From an uncultured Candidatus Saccharibacteria bacterium (GTDB taxonomy: Bacteria; Patescibacteriota; Minisyncoccia; Phycocordibacterales; Zambryskibacteraceae), in the NCBI GenBank assembly GCA_964347785.1, contig CAYFZH010000001.1:35589-99588 (forward strand): 64,000 nt of DNA, written 5' to 3'. Shown one piece after another: positions 1 to 9,329 of this stretch (positions are counted from its first letter, which is position 1; the number at the start of each line of letters is the position of its first letter). The translations under genes and the position numbers were made by a program. Under the pieces are notes generated by a model that worked only from the letters and a program-made list of their open reading frames with translations, was not told the origin of the DNA and made no database searches.

Positions 1-225
1 GTCGCACCTTAAGACCTTGGACCTTTCGCCATCTCTAGCACACATTCTCTTCAAATCTGCGTAAGAGTCAATAGTGGATAAGTGGTTGCATAAGCCAGAT
101 ATCGTGGTAGGATATTTTTTATGCAAGGATTTTGGCAGACATTTACCTACGTAAAGCCTCTCTTTCTCATCATTGAGAAGGGGCTCGTTGGTGTCGCCTA
201 AATCCCGAATCTAGACGAAACCAGA

Positions 226-264
226 GACGAGCCCCGAACTAGTTCGGGGCTCGTCATGTTTTTG
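226..264 (+). terminator. Rho-independent terminator: perfect hairpin gacgagccccgaac/gttcggggctcgtc followed by a TTTTTG tract
   Basis: Perfect inverted repeat followed by a T-tract, read directly from the sequence. It probably terminates a plus-strand gene ending upstream of or at the window edge. Confidence 0.6.
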
Positions 265-302
265 TCTCAGTAGTTTTTAGTTCTTTCAACCAAGGAGAGC
301 GT

Positions 303-587
303 ATGATTGATGAACGAGTGTTCTTCACCACAAAGCACGGTGACAAGCGTGTCACGGTCAAGGACTTGATTCGCAAGAAGGGTCACAAGGGGTGTCTCCA
401 CGGGCGAACGGTCTGGCTTGAGCTTCCCGATGGAAGCAGAGAGGCGCATCAGTACGATGTCTACGCTGTCGATTTTCTGTCGGTCCCTGTCTTTCAGGGG
501 AAACAGAAGATTCGCAGGGAAGCTCGTCGTCTTGATCGTTCTCAGAGAGCTCGTGGATCTGTGTACGAGTATAGATTCGCTCTCTAA
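303..587 (+). CDS. Hypothetical small protein (94 aa)
   Basis: ORF with SD AAGGAGAG about 5 nt upstream of the ATG and a terminator hairpin immediately downstream. The overlapping antisense ORF 267..605 has an S/T/L/R-rich composition typical of a spurious antisense frame. Confidence 0.5.
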   Translation: MIDERVFFTTKHGDKRVTVKDLIRKKGHKGCLHGRTVWLELPDGSREAHQYDVYAVDFLSVPVFQGKQKIRREARRLDRSQRARGSVYEYRFAL

Positions 588-594
588 TCGATTC

Positions 595-626
595 GCGGCG
601 GACACAGTTGTCCGCCGCTTTCTTAT
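595..626 (+). terminator. Rho-independent terminator: hairpin gcggcggacacagttgtccgccgc followed by TTTCTT
   Basis: Inverted repeat with 8-bp arms followed by a T-rich tract, directly after the stop of ORF 303..587. Confidence 0.6.
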
Positions 627-653
627 TGGTAAGAAAGTCTTATACTAAGCGCA

Positions 654-2669
654 ATGTCAGTTTTCAAAATCAATAACGAATTCTCACCAGCTGGAGATCA
701 GCCTAAGGCGATCAAGGAGCTAGTGTCAGGTCTTAAGTCTGGTCTCTCACACCAGACTCTTCTGGGTGTCACAGGCTCTGGTAAGACCTTCACCGCGGCG
801 AACGTCATCGCAGAGATAGGTAAACCCACTCTTGTCATAGCCCACAACAAGACTCTTGCAGCTCAACTCGCACAGGAGTACCGAGAGTTCTTCCCAGACA
901 ACGCAGTGCATTACTTCGTCTCTTACTACGACTACTATCAGCCAGAAGCCTACATCCCTCACTCCGATACTTATATCGAGAAGGAGGCGATGATCAACGA
1001 AGAGATCGAGCGTCTGCGACATGCCTCGACTCAAGCACTGCTTACGAGGAAGGATGTCATTATCGTCGCCTCGGTGTCTTGTATCTACGGCTTGGGTGAC
1101 CCGATAGAATACGAAAAAGTGAATTTGAAAATCTCGAAGGGGGATGTCAGGAGTCGAGCGGACTTTATCCGAGAGCTGATCGACATCCACTATACTCGCA
1201 CTAACTCTGACTTGAAGTCAGGACAGTTCCGCGCACTGGGCAATGTCATCGAGATCATGCCTGTCTCTGAGCGGATCATTTATCGCATCGAGCTTGAGGC
1301 TGGGCAGGTGAGTGCCATCAAGCGGATCGATGCTACTTCTCGCACTATTATCAATGAAGTGGAAGTTTTCTTCCTCTTTCCTGCGAAGCACTTCATCACT
1401 GGAGATAAGGCACAGGAGAAGGCTCTCAAGAGTATCAAGACTGAGCTCGATAAGCGTCTGGTCGAACTCCAAGATGGAGGCAAGCTTCTCGAAGCTGAGA
1501 GGCTCAAGCGACGCACGAGCTATGACCTCGCTATGATCCGCGAGGTGGGCTATACCAACGGGATCGAGAACTACTCCAGACACTTCACCGGCAAGTCTGC
1601 AGGGGAAGCACCCTATACTCTCCTCGACTACTTTCCCAAGAAGGCGGACGGCTCAGCAGACTTCCTCACTATCATCGACGAGTCGCACGTCTCTGTGCCA
1701 CAGATTGGTGGTATGTATGCTGGAGACAGATCTCGCAAGGAGACTCTGGTGGAGCATGGCTTCCGTCTCCCAAGTGCCAAGGACAACAGACCGCTCAAGT
1801 TCGACGAGTTCGAGAAGCGAGTGGGTCAAGTGATCTTCACCTCTGCCACTCCGAGTAAGTATGAGAAGGAGAAGAGTCAGAAAGTGGTGGAGCAGATCAT
1901 CCGTCCGACAGGACTGATCGACCCAGAGATTATCGTCCGTCCTATACAAGAGAAGGGAAGTTACAAGGGGCAGATCGTAGACTTCATCGCCGAGGCAGAG
2001 AAGGCGATAGAGAAGGGGGGTCGTGTCATCGCTACCACTCTGACCAAGAGGATGGCAGAAGATCTCTCTGAATATCTCAAAGAGAAGAAAATCAAAGCAG
2101 AGTATCTACATAGTGACATCAAGACTATCCAGCGTATCGAAATTTTGACCAGTTTACGCAAGGGAGAGTTCGATGTCATCGTGGGAGTAAACCTCCTCCG
2201 GGAAGGGCTCGACTTACCCGAAGTGACACTGATCGGTATTCTCGACGCAGACAAGGAAGGTTTCCTCCGTAGTGAATCGGCACTTATCCAGATCATTGGT
2301 CGTGCAGCGAGAAATGTCCTCGGGCGAGTGATCCTCTACGCAGATAACATGACAGGCTCGATGAAGAACGCGATAGACGAGACAGCTCGACGTCGTGCTA
2401 TCCAGACTGCATATAATACGAAGCATGGGATCACTCCCAAGACGATTATCAAGAAGATCAAGGACATTACAGAAACGCTAGAGCGTGAGCACCACCAAGC
2501 AGTGAACCTGCTTCTAGAGACAGATGAGAAACTTTTCAAAAAAGCTCCAAAGAAAGTGATCAAGGAGAAGACTCGGGAGATGGAGGAAGCGGTCAAGAAC
2601 CTCGACTTCGAGACTGCAGCTATCATCCGTGATGAGATCAAGGCACTTGAAAGTAGGTTGAAAAAGTAG
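654..2669 (+). CDS. uvrB: Excinuclease ABC subunit B (UvrB)
   Basis: 671 aa with a Walker A motif (GVTGSGKTF), helicase motifs and a C-terminal UvrB/UvrC interaction coil. TATACT lies 7 nt upstream of the ATG, suggesting a leaderless start. Confidence 0.95.
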   Translation: MSVFKINNEFSPAGDQPKAIKELVSGLKSGLSHQTLLGVTGSGKTFTAANVIAEIGKPTLVIAHNKTLAAQLAQEYREFFPDNAVHYFVSYYDYYQPEAYIPHSDTYIEKEAMINEEIERLRHASTQALLTRKDVIIVASVSCIYGLGDPIEYEKVNLKISKGDVRSRADFIRELIDIHYTRTNSDLKSGQFRALGNVIEIMPVSERIIYRIELEAGQVSAIKRIDATSRTIINEVEVFFLFPAKHFITGDKAQEKALKSIKTELDKRLVELQDGGKLLEAERLKRRTSYDLAMIREVGYTNGIENYSRHFTGKSAGEAPYTLLDYFPKKADGSADFLTIIDESHVSVPQIGGMYAGDRSRKETLVEHGFRLPSAKDNRPLKFDEFEKRVGQVIFTSATPSKYEKEKSQKVVEQIIRPTGLIDPEIIVRPIQEKGSYKGQIVDFIAEAEKAIEKGGRVIATTLTKRMAEDLSEYLKEKKIKAEYLHSDIKTIQRIEILTSLRKGEFDVIVGVNLLREGLDLPEVTLIGILDADKEGFLRSESALIQIIGRAARNVLGRVILYADNMTGSMKNAIDETARRRAIQTAYNTKHGITPKTIIKKIKDITETLEREHHQAVNLLLETDEKLFKKAPKKVIKEKTREMEEAVKNLDFETAAIIRDEIKALESRLKK

Positions 2670-2696
2670 TACCGTGATTTCTGGACTGGAGGGTCT

Positions 2697-2918
2697 ATGT
2701 TTGCAAAGATTGTCGCTGTCGTCGTCTCCGTATTTTTCTTCGGGATGGTGTATCAGAACATCGCCTATCCCGTGCAACCTGTCGATCATCAGGAGTTGAC
2801 GATGTGGTGGGTGCTCGGAGTTCCGGGGTCCATCTTTTTTTCCTGCCTGCTCATGACCGTGCTGAGGATTCAGCAGGATGACAGACAGCGTGTCAGTTCT
2901 AAGGGCGGGTCATCGTGA
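2697..2918 (+). CDS. Small hydrophobic membrane protein (73 aa), co-transcribed with uvrB
   Basis: ORF with two predicted TM helices and a GGAGGG 3 nt upstream. No terminator separates it from uvrB, and a hairpin terminator overlaps its stop codon. Confidence 0.45.
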   Translation: MFAKIVAVVVSVFFFGMVYQNIAYPVQPVDHQELTMWWVLGVPGSIFFSCLLMTVLRIQQDDRQRVSSKGGSS

Positions 2919-2934
2919 CCCGCTTTCGTTTTAT
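2905..2934 (+). terminator. Rho-independent terminator: hairpin gcgggtca-tcg-tgacccgc followed by TTTCGTTTT
   Basis: 8-bp stem followed by a T-tract, at the end of the uvrB / small-ORF transcription unit. Confidence 0.6.
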
Positions 2935-3008
2935 AAAAATAGTCTATGTGTTAGTATCTACCTGTTCTATATACCCCCTATAGCCTAAGTGGCAGGGGAT
3001 TTACCTGT

Positions 3009-5606
3009 ATGAAAAAGGACCATAAATCGGAGGACAAAATAATCGTACGAGGTGCTCGTACTCACAACCTTAAGAACATTACGGTTGAGATGCCGCGCAA
3101 CAAGATGGTGGTCTTTACAGGACTCTCGGGCTCGGGCAAGTCATCTCTTGCCTTCGATACCATCTTCGCCGAAGGTCAGCGTCGTTATGTCGAGTCGCTC
3201 TCAAGCTATGCGAGGCAGTTCCTCCGTCAGATGCAGAAGCCAGATGTAGACGAGATCGTAGGTCTCTCTCCGGCTATCTCTATCGACCAGAAGTCGCGCT
3301 CCAACAATCCTCGCTCGACTGTCGCCACCATCACCGAGATCTACGACTATCTGCGTATCCTCTATGCGCGTATCGGTAGACCACATTGTCTAGTCTGTGG
3401 GACGGAGATCAAGAAACTAAGTAACGAAGAGATCAAGAACTTCGTCTTGGAGAAAATTTCTGAATACCAAGCCAGTAAGCCGAAAGCCAAGAAGCTTGAG
3501 TTGCCAATCTACGCAGAGATCTTCTCTCCGATAGTGCGTGGGAGGAAGGGTGAGTACTACCAGCTTCTCTACGACCTCTTGGGTAAGGGTTACTCAGAAG
3601 TGCTTGTCGACGGCGAGAGGAAGTCTCTCCGTGAGCGTATTGCACTTACCAAGACCAAGAAGCATGAGATCTCTGTCCTCGTCGACTCTATCTCAGTAGA
3701 AGATTTTAAGAGTGATGAGAAGTCAGCCCATGAGCGTTTGAGTGAGGCGATAGAGAAGGCTGTGAGTGAGTCTGATGGACTCCTTGTCCTGAAGTTCAGA
3801 GACATGAGCTTGAAAGAGCAGAGTAAGGAAGAGTTCCTGATGTCTGCCAAGTGGGCGTGCCCCAAGGATGGCTTCTCCTTCCCCGAGATTGAGCCGAGAC
3901 TCTTCTCCTTCAACTCGCCTTACGGTGCGTGTCCGACTTGTAACGGCTTGGGGACCAAGTACCTCTTCGGTACAGAACCGTGTGAAGCTTGTGAGGGTAA
4001 GCGTCTGAGAGCAGAGGCTCTCCACGTGCTTGTCGGAGGCAAGAATATCGTCGACCTCACTGCCATGTCTATCAAGGAAGCAGATGAGTTTTTCAAGAAG
4101 CTCAAGCTTACTGCGAGAGAGAAAAATATTTCTAAAGTGGTGACCAAGGAGATTGAGGCACGACTCTCCTTCATGCTCAACGTGGGTATAGACTATCTCT
4201 CTCTCAGCCGTCGCGCACACACACTCTCTGGTGGTGAGGCTCAGCGTATCCGTCTTGCCTCACAACTTGGTTCTGGACTCGTGGGTGCACTCTACGTGCT
4301 CGACGAGCCGACTATCGGTCTCCACTCTAGAGACAACGACAGACTGATCCAGACCTTGCTCAATCTCCGCGACCTCGGCAACACCATCCTCATCGTCGAA
4401 CACGACGAGGACACTATCTATGCATCAGATTATCTCATCGATATAGGACCGGGGGCTGGTACGCACGGTGGTGAGGTTGTGGTGGCAGATTATCTCGACG
4501 ATCTCCTGACAGCTCCGAAGAACAAGAGCGGGTCTCTCACCCTTTCTTATCTGCGTGGTGAGACCAAGATAGATTTACCAGAGAAGCGTCGTGAGTCAGA
4601 GAAGGGGATGATCCAGATTAGAGCTGGGAAAATTTTCAATATCAAACACTTAAACGTCGACATCCCACTCCACAGACTCATCGTCGTGACTGGTGTCTCG
4701 GGCTCTGGTAAGTCCTCCTTCGTCTACGAGATCCTTTATAAAAACTTACAGGCTCGTCTCGATAGGCGATACAGAAGTGCACAGACTTATAACTGTCAGA
4801 GCTTCAATGGCTCAGAGTATCTGGGTCGAGCTATCATGATCGACCAGTCGCCCATCGGTCGCACTCCTCGCTCGAACCCCGCGACATATACGGGTGCGTG
4901 GACCTTTATCCGAGAGCTCTTCGCCGAGTCGTCTGAGGCGCGAGCGCGTGGTTGGAAGCCGAACAGGTTCTCCTTCAACGTGAAGGGTGGTAGGTGTGAG
5001 ACTTGTCAGGGTAACGGGATGATAGAGGTGGAGATGCACTTCCTCCCGACAGTCTATGTGCCTTGTGATGTCTGTGGTGGTAAGAGGTTTATGAAAGAGA
5101 CTCTGGAGGTGAAGTACAAGGGCAAGAATATCCACCAAGTGCTTGAGATGACTATCGAGGAGGCACTAAGCTTCTTCGAAGATATCCCAGCTATCTACGA
5201 CAGACTCAAGTCGATGAACGACGTGGGTCTCGGATACCTTGCACTCGGTCAGTCTGCGACTACTCTCTCTGGTGGTGAGGCACAGAGAGTGAAGGTGGCA
5301 TCAGAACTCTATCGTCCTCATGTGGAGAAGACGATCTATATCCTCGACGAGCCGACTATCGGTCTCCACTACGAAGATGTGAGAAAGCTCATCGAGATCC
5401 TCCAGAAGCTCGTGGACAAGGGCAACACCGTGCTCGTCATCGAGCACAATATGGATGTCATCAAGAGTGCAGACTATATCCTCGACATCGGTCCTGAGGG
5501 AGGTGATGGGGGAGGTGATCTTGTTGCCAAGGGTACTCCAGAAGAAGTGGCGGGAGCTGATACGCATACAGCAAAATATCTTAGGAAAGCTTTGAAGAAG
5601 AAATAA
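3009..5606 (+). CDS. uvrA: Excinuclease ABC subunit A (UvrA)
   Basis: 865 aa with two ABC ATPase modules (GLSGSGKSS; GVSGSGKSS), LSGGE signature motifs and zinc-finger cysteines. Confidence 0.95.
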   Translation: MKKDHKSEDKIIVRGARTHNLKNITVEMPRNKMVVFTGLSGSGKSSLAFDTIFAEGQRRYVESLSSYARQFLRQMQKPDVDEIVGLSPAISIDQKSRSNNPRSTVATITEIYDYLRILYARIGRPHCLVCGTEIKKLSNEEIKNFVLEKISEYQASKPKAKKLELPIYAEIFSPIVRGRKGEYYQLLYDLLGKGYSEVLVDGERKSLRERIALTKTKKHEISVLVDSISVEDFKSDEKSAHERLSEAIEKAVSESDGLLVLKFRDMSLKEQSKEEFLMSAKWACPKDGFSFPEIEPRLFSFNSPYGACPTCNGLGTKYLFGTEPCEACEGKRLRAEALHVLVGGKNIVDLTAMSIKEADEFFKKLKLTAREKNISKVVTKEIEARLSFMLNVGIDYLSLSRRAHTLSGGEAQRIRLASQLGSGLVGALYVLDEPTIGLHSRDNDRLIQTLLNLRDLGNTILIVEHDEDTIYASDYLIDIGPGAGTHGGEVVVADYLDDLLTAPKNKSGSLTLSYLRGETKIDLPEKRRESEKGMIQIRAGKIFNIKHLNVDIPLHRLIVVTGVSGSGKSSFVYEILYKNLQARLDRRYRSAQTYNCQSFNGSEYLGRAIMIDQSPIGRTPRSNPATYTGAWTFIRELFAESSEARARGWKPNRFSFNVKGGRCETCQGNGMIEVEMHFLPTVYVPCDVCGGKRFMKETLEVKYKGKNIHQVLEMTIEEALSFFEDIPAIYDRLKSMNDVGLGYLALGQSATTLSGGEAQRVKVASELYRPHVEKTIYILDEPTIGLHYEDVRKLIEILQKLVDKGNTVLVIEHNMDVIKSADYILDIGPEGGDGGGDLVAKGTPEEVAGADTHTAKYLRKALKKK

Positions 5607-5611
5607 AAACC

Positions 5612-5637
5612 GACCCGAGCAGTCGTTGCTCGGGCCG
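5612..5637. terminator. Hairpin terminator shared by the convergent uvrA and minus-strand ORF
   Basis: Hairpin cccgagca..tgctcggg. Reading the minus strand it is followed by a T-tract (TTTTTATTT), so it is mainly the terminator of the minus-strand gene. Confidence 0.5.
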
Positions 5638-5647
5638 TCTCTCAGAA

Positions 5648-5914
5648 CTAGTAGGCGTCCGCGTAGTACGGATGCCGGAGTCCGGCCTCATAGTCGAGGT
5701 CGTCATACTCGTAGGGATCGTATCTCCTGAGCGCAGGCTCCTCTTCATCGAAGAAGGGGTAGATGTGCCCATCCTCGCGCTCAGATTCGAAAAAGTGGTC
5801 AAGTTCCTCCGCATCTTCCTGCTCCTCCTGGAGACTGAGACGGAGTTCCTCTTTCTTGCTGATCTGAAAGCGGTTCGCCTTGAGAATGCCCTTCTGTGCC
5901 ATGCCAGCCTCCAT
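5648..5914 (-). CDS. Highly acidic, aromatic-rich hypothetical protein (88 aa)
   Basis: GC-rich ORF (about 58% GC) with a D/E/Y-rich C-terminus. It is convergent with uvrA and divergent from uvrC, and followed by its own terminator hairpin. No SD was seen. Confidence 0.45.
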   Translation of the reverse strand: MEAGMAQKGILKANRFQISKKEELRLSLQEEQEDAEELDHFFESEREDGHIYPFFDEEEPALRRYDPYEYDDLDYEAGLRHPYYADAY

Positions 5915-5941
5915 GAATCGAAGCGGTTGAAAATGTCTCTA

Positions 5942-5957
5942 TATAGTATATACTATA
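5942..5957. promoter_or_regulatory. Perfect 16-bp palindrome TATAGTATATACTATA in the divergent promoter region, overlapping the -10 box (TATAAT 5954..5959) of uvrC
   Basis: Seen directly in the sequence. It is a candidate operator or divergent promoter element between ORF 5648..5914 and uvrC. Confidence 0.35.
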
Positions 5958-5961
5958 ATAG

Positions 5962-7179
5962 ATGAAAAGTCAAGAGCTCAAGAATTTTAACTTACCAGAT
6001 GCGCCGGGGGTGTATTACTTCTTAGATAAAAAGGGGAAGATTTTGTATGTAGGCAAAGCAACTTCCTTGAAGGATAGGGTCAAGAGTTACTTCGCTCGAG
6101 ATATCTTGATGACACGTGGACCGAAGATCCAGAAGATGCTCGAGGATGCGGTGAGAGTCGAGTACAAGCAGACTGACTCGGTACTTGAGGCACTTATACT
6201 TGAGGCGAACGAGATCAAGCGACTTCAACCTCCTGCCAACTCCAAGGACAAAGATGACAAGAGTTACAACTTCGTCGTGATTACCAAAGAGGATTTCCCA
6301 CGGGTACTAATAAAACGCGGTAGAGAGTTAGAAACAAACACTATGATATATCATAGTGTCTTCGGTCCGTTCCCGAACTCGGGGGAACTCAAAGAGGCTT
6401 TGCGAATAGTCAGGAAGATTTTTCCCTTCAGAGATGAGAAGTGCAAGATCACTGATAAACACAAACCTTGCTTCAACGCACAGCTAGGTCTCTGTCCGGG
6501 ACCTTGTGCGGGATGGATTACGAAGACGGACTACAAGAAGCAGATTAGGAATATCAAAATGTTTCTCGAAGGCAAGAAGCCCAAGCTTATCAAGTCTCTA
6601 GAGCAAGAGATGAAAGCGTTTGCCAAGAAGCACGAGTTTGAGAAAGCGGATGAGATCAAGAAAAAGATTTTTGCCCTCGATCACATTCAAGATATCGCTT
6701 TGATAAAGGCTGACATTACGACCTACGACGAACGACCAACGACATTTAGAATTGAAGCTTATGACATCGCCCATCTCTCGGGTAAAGATGTGGTAGGGGT
6801 GATGACTGTGGTTGAGGATGGAGAGACTGCGAAGAGTCAGTATAGGAAATTTAAAATCAAGCTAGACAAGAACGACGATACCAAGAACCTGAGGGAAGTC
6901 CTCGAGAGACGTCTCAACCACAGAGAGTGGCGACTACCTGAGCTCATCGTTGTAGATGGAGGAGTGGGTCAGATCAACGTCGCGAAGAGTGTGCTCAAGG
7001 AGAGAGGTCTCAAGATTAATGTAGTCTCGGTGGTCAAGGATGATCGGCATAAGGCTCGAGAAATCTTGGACCTCAAGGATAAGACTCTCGAGAAAGCGAT
7101 CATCCTCGCCAATGCAGAAGCGCATCGCTTCGCCATCGGTTATCACAGGAAGCTCCGTGGGAAAGGATTTCGTATATAA
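5962..7179 (+). CDS. uvrC: Excinuclease ABC subunit C (UvrC), short form lacking the C-terminal (HhH)2 domain
   Basis: N-terminal GIY-YIG motif (GVYYF..GKILYVGKA), a Cys-rich segment, the UvrB-interaction region and an RNase H-like endonuclease domain. At 405 aa it is shorter than the typical ~600 aa. Confidence 0.85.
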   Translation: MKSQELKNFNLPDAPGVYYFLDKKGKILYVGKATSLKDRVKSYFARDILMTRGPKIQKMLEDAVRVEYKQTDSVLEALILEANEIKRLQPPANSKDKDDKSYNFVVITKEDFPRVLIKRGRELETNTMIYHSVFGPFPNSGELKEALRIVRKIFPFRDEKCKITDKHKPCFNAQLGLCPGPCAGWITKTDYKKQIRNIKMFLEGKKPKLIKSLEQEMKAFAKKHEFEKADEIKKKIFALDHIQDIALIKADITTYDERPTTFRIEAYDIAHLSGKDVVGVMTVVEDGETAKSQYRKFKIKLDKNDDTKNLREVLERRLNHREWRLPELIVVDGGVGQINVAKSVLKERGLKINVVSVVKDDRHKAREILDLKDKTLEKAIILANAEAHRFAIGYHRKLRGKGFRI

Positions 7180-7186
7180 TAAGTTC

Positions 7187-8083
7187 ATGTCGAAGATAAA
7201 AGTTGGTGTGCTCCGTGGTGGACCATCACACGCGTATGATGATTCGCTCAAGACTGGTGGCTATGTACTCTCGCTCTTGCGAAAGATGCCAGAGACTTAT
7301 GAACCAGTCGATCTCTTTGTCTCGAGAAATGGGGACTGGCACTCTGCTGGGCTTGTGACAGAACCTCACGACGTCTTGAGTAAGGTCGATGTGGTGTGGA
7401 ACGCAGTCCACGGTCCTTACGGAGAAGATGGTCAGGTGCAGAAACTCTTCGATAACCTCATGGTTCCATATATTGGTCCGTCCTCATTTTCCTCAGCTCT
7501 GTCTTACAACAAAGACTTCTCCAAAAAGCTTTATACAGAACACTCCCTCCTGACCCCTAGGTCATATGTCTTGAGCGAGGAGAGCGTGAGTGAAGATGAA
7601 TTGGTCAAGGTCTTCCACGCCTTCGTCTACCCTGTGGTGGTAAAGCCTGCCACAGGCTCTCGGGCTCTAGGGGTGAGACTGGCTCACACCTTCCAAGAAC
7701 TCAAGGACTTGGTCAAGAGAACTTTCTCCCACGCCCCTAAGGTGCTAGTTGAGGAGTATGTGAAGGGGAGAGTCTCGACTTGTACAGTAATCGAGGATGC
7801 AAAGGGGGAGAGACTCTACGCACTCCTACCTACAGGTAGACAACCGGTCGAGGTGAACAAGAAGATTGAGGAGATGGCGAAGAAGGCTCATGAGATCCTG
7901 GGTCAGAGACATTTCTCGAGTTCTGACTTCATCATCACTCCGAGAGGGAAGGTGTATATCCTCGAGACCAACTCTGTACCGGTCTTCTACGAAGGTTCAC
8001 ATTTGCATCAGTCTCTAGAGTCTACCGGTTGGCAACCGCAAGACTTCGTCGAACATTGTCTGAAGCTGACTCTCAAGAGTTAG
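7187..8083 (+). CDS. ddl: D-alanine--D-alanine ligase
   Basis: Ddl N-terminal motif (KIKVGVLRGGPSHAYDDSLKTG) and ATP-grasp motifs. The ORF-track start at 7040 is an out-of-frame extension into uvrC. The ATG at 7187 gives 299 aa. Confidence 0.85.
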   Translation: MSKIKVGVLRGGPSHAYDDSLKTGGYVLSLLRKMPETYEPVDLFVSRNGDWHSAGLVTEPHDVLSKVDVVWNAVHGPYGEDGQVQKLFDNLMVPYIGPSSFSSALSYNKDFSKKLYTEHSLLTPRSYVLSEESVSEDELVKVFHAFVYPVVVKPATGSRALGVRLAHTFQELKDLVKRTFSHAPKVLVEEYVKGRVSTCTVIEDAKGERLYALLPTGRQPVEVNKKIEEMAKKAHEILGQRHFSSSDFIITPRGKVYILETNSVPVFYEGSHLHQSLESTGWQPQDFVEHCLKLTLKS

Positions 8084-8089
8084 ATATGA

Positions 8090-8127
8090 GAAAGGGCGCC
8101 CGCTGTGTATAAGCCGAGCGCCCTCTA
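8090..8127. terminator. Bidirectional hairpin terminator (agggcgc..gcgccct) between the convergent ddl and minus-strand ORF
   Basis: 7-bp GC stem seen directly in the sequence. Confidence 0.45.
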
Positions 8128-8376
8128 ACGATACTCACGACTCTTCTTGTTTTCTGTATAGTATGTGTCACCGATACTTCGGCGACACCGCGGACAGAGA
8201 TCGTGATCCTTGTCCGTCTTCACAAATCTCTTTTTACACAAAACGACAACACCATCCCTCGTTCTCCGACTCCTTCTGATGAAAATCGCTTTATTGGGAC
8301 ACCACGCACAGACCTTCTTGGTCTGTTTGTTCAAAACCCTTGTCCTACCTTTTCTGTTGGGCTTGATCGGGCGCAT
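8125..8376 (-). CDS. Small, very basic zinc-ribbon protein (83 aa; CxxC-x35-CxxC)
   Basis: Strong SD AGGAGGTG 4 nt upstream of the ATG. Two CxxC pairs, K/R-rich. Function unknown. Confidence 0.55.
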   Translation of the reverse strand: MRPIKPNRKGRTRVLNKQTKKVCAWCPNKAIFIRRSRRTRDGVVVLCKKRFVKTDKDHDLCPRCRRSIGDTYYTENKKSREYR

Positions 8377-8540
8377 CGTGCACCTCCTGCTGGACAGGAT
8401 AGCATAGGTATCCTTTTATTCAATTGGGTGGAGTTGGACTATGCCTTTTGGAACAAATTCACAATAGAATGCGGGAGGTTGGCTCAGATTTTGAAAGAAA
8501 TATAATACGAAAGACCCGTTGATATTATCTCAGGGTCTTT

Positions 8541-8813
8541 TTAGTCTTTGAACGGGATCTCCTTGTGCAACTTATGAACAACATCCCACTGTTCCTTACG
8601 GGTGAGTCTCGAGAGTTCCTCCCACAGCGAATCCGTGTACTCTGCCATTGGAGAGAATACCATTAACTCCTCCCCGTCGATGCGGAGTACTGGAATTGGT
8701 GTTCTGGCTTGTGAGAGCGGAGTGGTTCCTAGGAAGACCCCGATCTTCAAGGGCTCATCCTCGTTGCTTCTTACGATATACGAAACGCCTTCTTTGTAAG
8801 CTCTGCCCTTCAC
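8541..8813 (-). CDS. Hypothetical protein (90 aa)
   Basis: GTG start preceded by GAGGAGG. It has its own promoter (TTGACA-17-TAATGT) and a downstream terminator hairpin (8508..8545). Confidence 0.5.
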   Translation of the reverse strand: MKGRAYKEGVSYIVRSNEDEPLKIGVFLGTTPLSQARTPIPVLRIDGEELMVFSPMAEYTDSLWEELSRLTRKEQWDVVHKLHKEIPFKD

Positions 8814-8838
8814 ACAACCTCCTCTCTATCTGCTATAA

Positions 8839-8867
8839 ACATTAGCACGCTTTAATACTTATGTCAA
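8839..8867 (-). promoter_or_regulatory. Sigma-70-like promoter TTGACA-17-TAATGT driving ORF 8541..8813
   Basis: Consensus -35 and extended -10 (TGCTAATGT) on the minus strand. The same TGCTAATGT motif recurs at 10152..10161. Confidence 0.5.
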
Positions 8868-9043
8868 GCATTATGAAAACTGACCCATATCAGACCAGAG
8901 TGGTACATGTTGGGATAAATATTTGTATGCTTCGCATGCAGATCTAGTGGATCACAAATAAATTTCCTGACGGAAATTTTTCGCGACCCCCGCTCGCAAT
9001 TTTTGCCTTTCGCTTCGCTCAAACAAAAATATAGCTGCGCGCT

Positions 9044-9093
9044 CCACAAAATAAGAAAAGACTGGAGCAGTCCAGTCTTTTCTTATTTTGTGG
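9044..9093. terminator. Perfect 23-bp-arm palindrome (ccacaaaataagaaaagactgga-gcag-tccagtcttttcttattttgtgg), a bidirectional terminator abutting the 3' end of tRNA-Ala(UGC)
   Basis: Exact inverted repeat with a 4-nt loop. The outer arm includes the tRNA 3' end (..TGG). Confidence 0.6.
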
Positions 9094-9163
9094 ACCCTAC
9101 CGGGATCGAACCGGTCACCTCCTCATTGCAAATGAGGCGCTCTACCAGATGAGCTAAGGGCCC
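9091..9163 (-). tRNA. tRNA-Ala (anticodon UGC)
   Basis: 73-nt cloverleaf folded by hand: acceptor GGGCCCU/AGGGUCC with a G3:U70 pair, D-arm GCUC/GAGC containing GG, anticodon loop UUUGCAA, and T-loop UUCGAUC. CCA is not encoded. Confidence 0.85.
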
Positions 9164-9222
9164 TAAATTTCTAACCGATTGATTCTAGTATAAAAATGGA
9201 GCAAAATAAAGCCCTAATAAAA

Positions 9223-9293
9223 GGGCCCATAGTATAGTAGTAACACGCATCCATGGCATGGATGAGTCCGGAGTGCGATTCTCCGTGGGTCCA
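9223..9293 (+). tRNA. tRNA-Ala (anticodon GGC), noncanonical D- and T-loops
   Basis: 71 nt: acceptor GGGCCCA/UGGGUCC with G3:U70, and anticodon stem CAUCC/GGAUG with loop AUGGCAU. The D-loop lacks the conserved GG and the T-loop reads UGCGAUU (G at position 55). CCA is not encoded. Confidence 0.6.
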
Positions 9294-9317
9294 CAAAAGC
9301 GCGGGGCGCTTTTGTGG
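9291..9317 (+). terminator. Perfect palindrome ccacaaaagcgc-ggg-gcgcttttgtgg including the tRNA-Ala(GGC) 3' end
   Basis: 12-bp arms with a T-tract in the 3' arm. It shares the CCACAAAA/TTTTGTGG outer motif with the palindrome at 9044..9093. Confidence 0.5.
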
Positions 9318-9329
9318 CGTGTTCACAAG

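Noticed and set aside
267-605. Minus-strand ORF (112 aa) antisense to ORF 303..587
   Set aside because: The plus-strand ORF has a well-placed SD and a downstream terminator. The minus ORF has an S/T/L/R-rich antisense-type composition and no start signals.
747-2789. Several minus-strand and alternative-frame ORFs inside uvrB (747..1190, 1218..1583, 1961..2296 and others)
   Set aside because: They lie within a highly conserved uvrB reading frame. They are typical spurious antisense ORFs of a GC-balanced gene.
7040-7186. ORF-track start of ddl at 7040, overlapping the uvrC 3' end
   Set aside because: The conserved Ddl N-terminus (MSKIKVGVLRGG) begins at the ATG at 7187. The upstream extension is out of frame with uvrC and is low-complexity S/R-rich.
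8203-8505. Plus-strand 100-aa ORF overlapping the zinc-ribbon gene
   Set aside because: The minus-strand ORF has a perfect AGGAGGTG SD and a coherent zinc-ribbon motif. The plus ORF lacks start signals.
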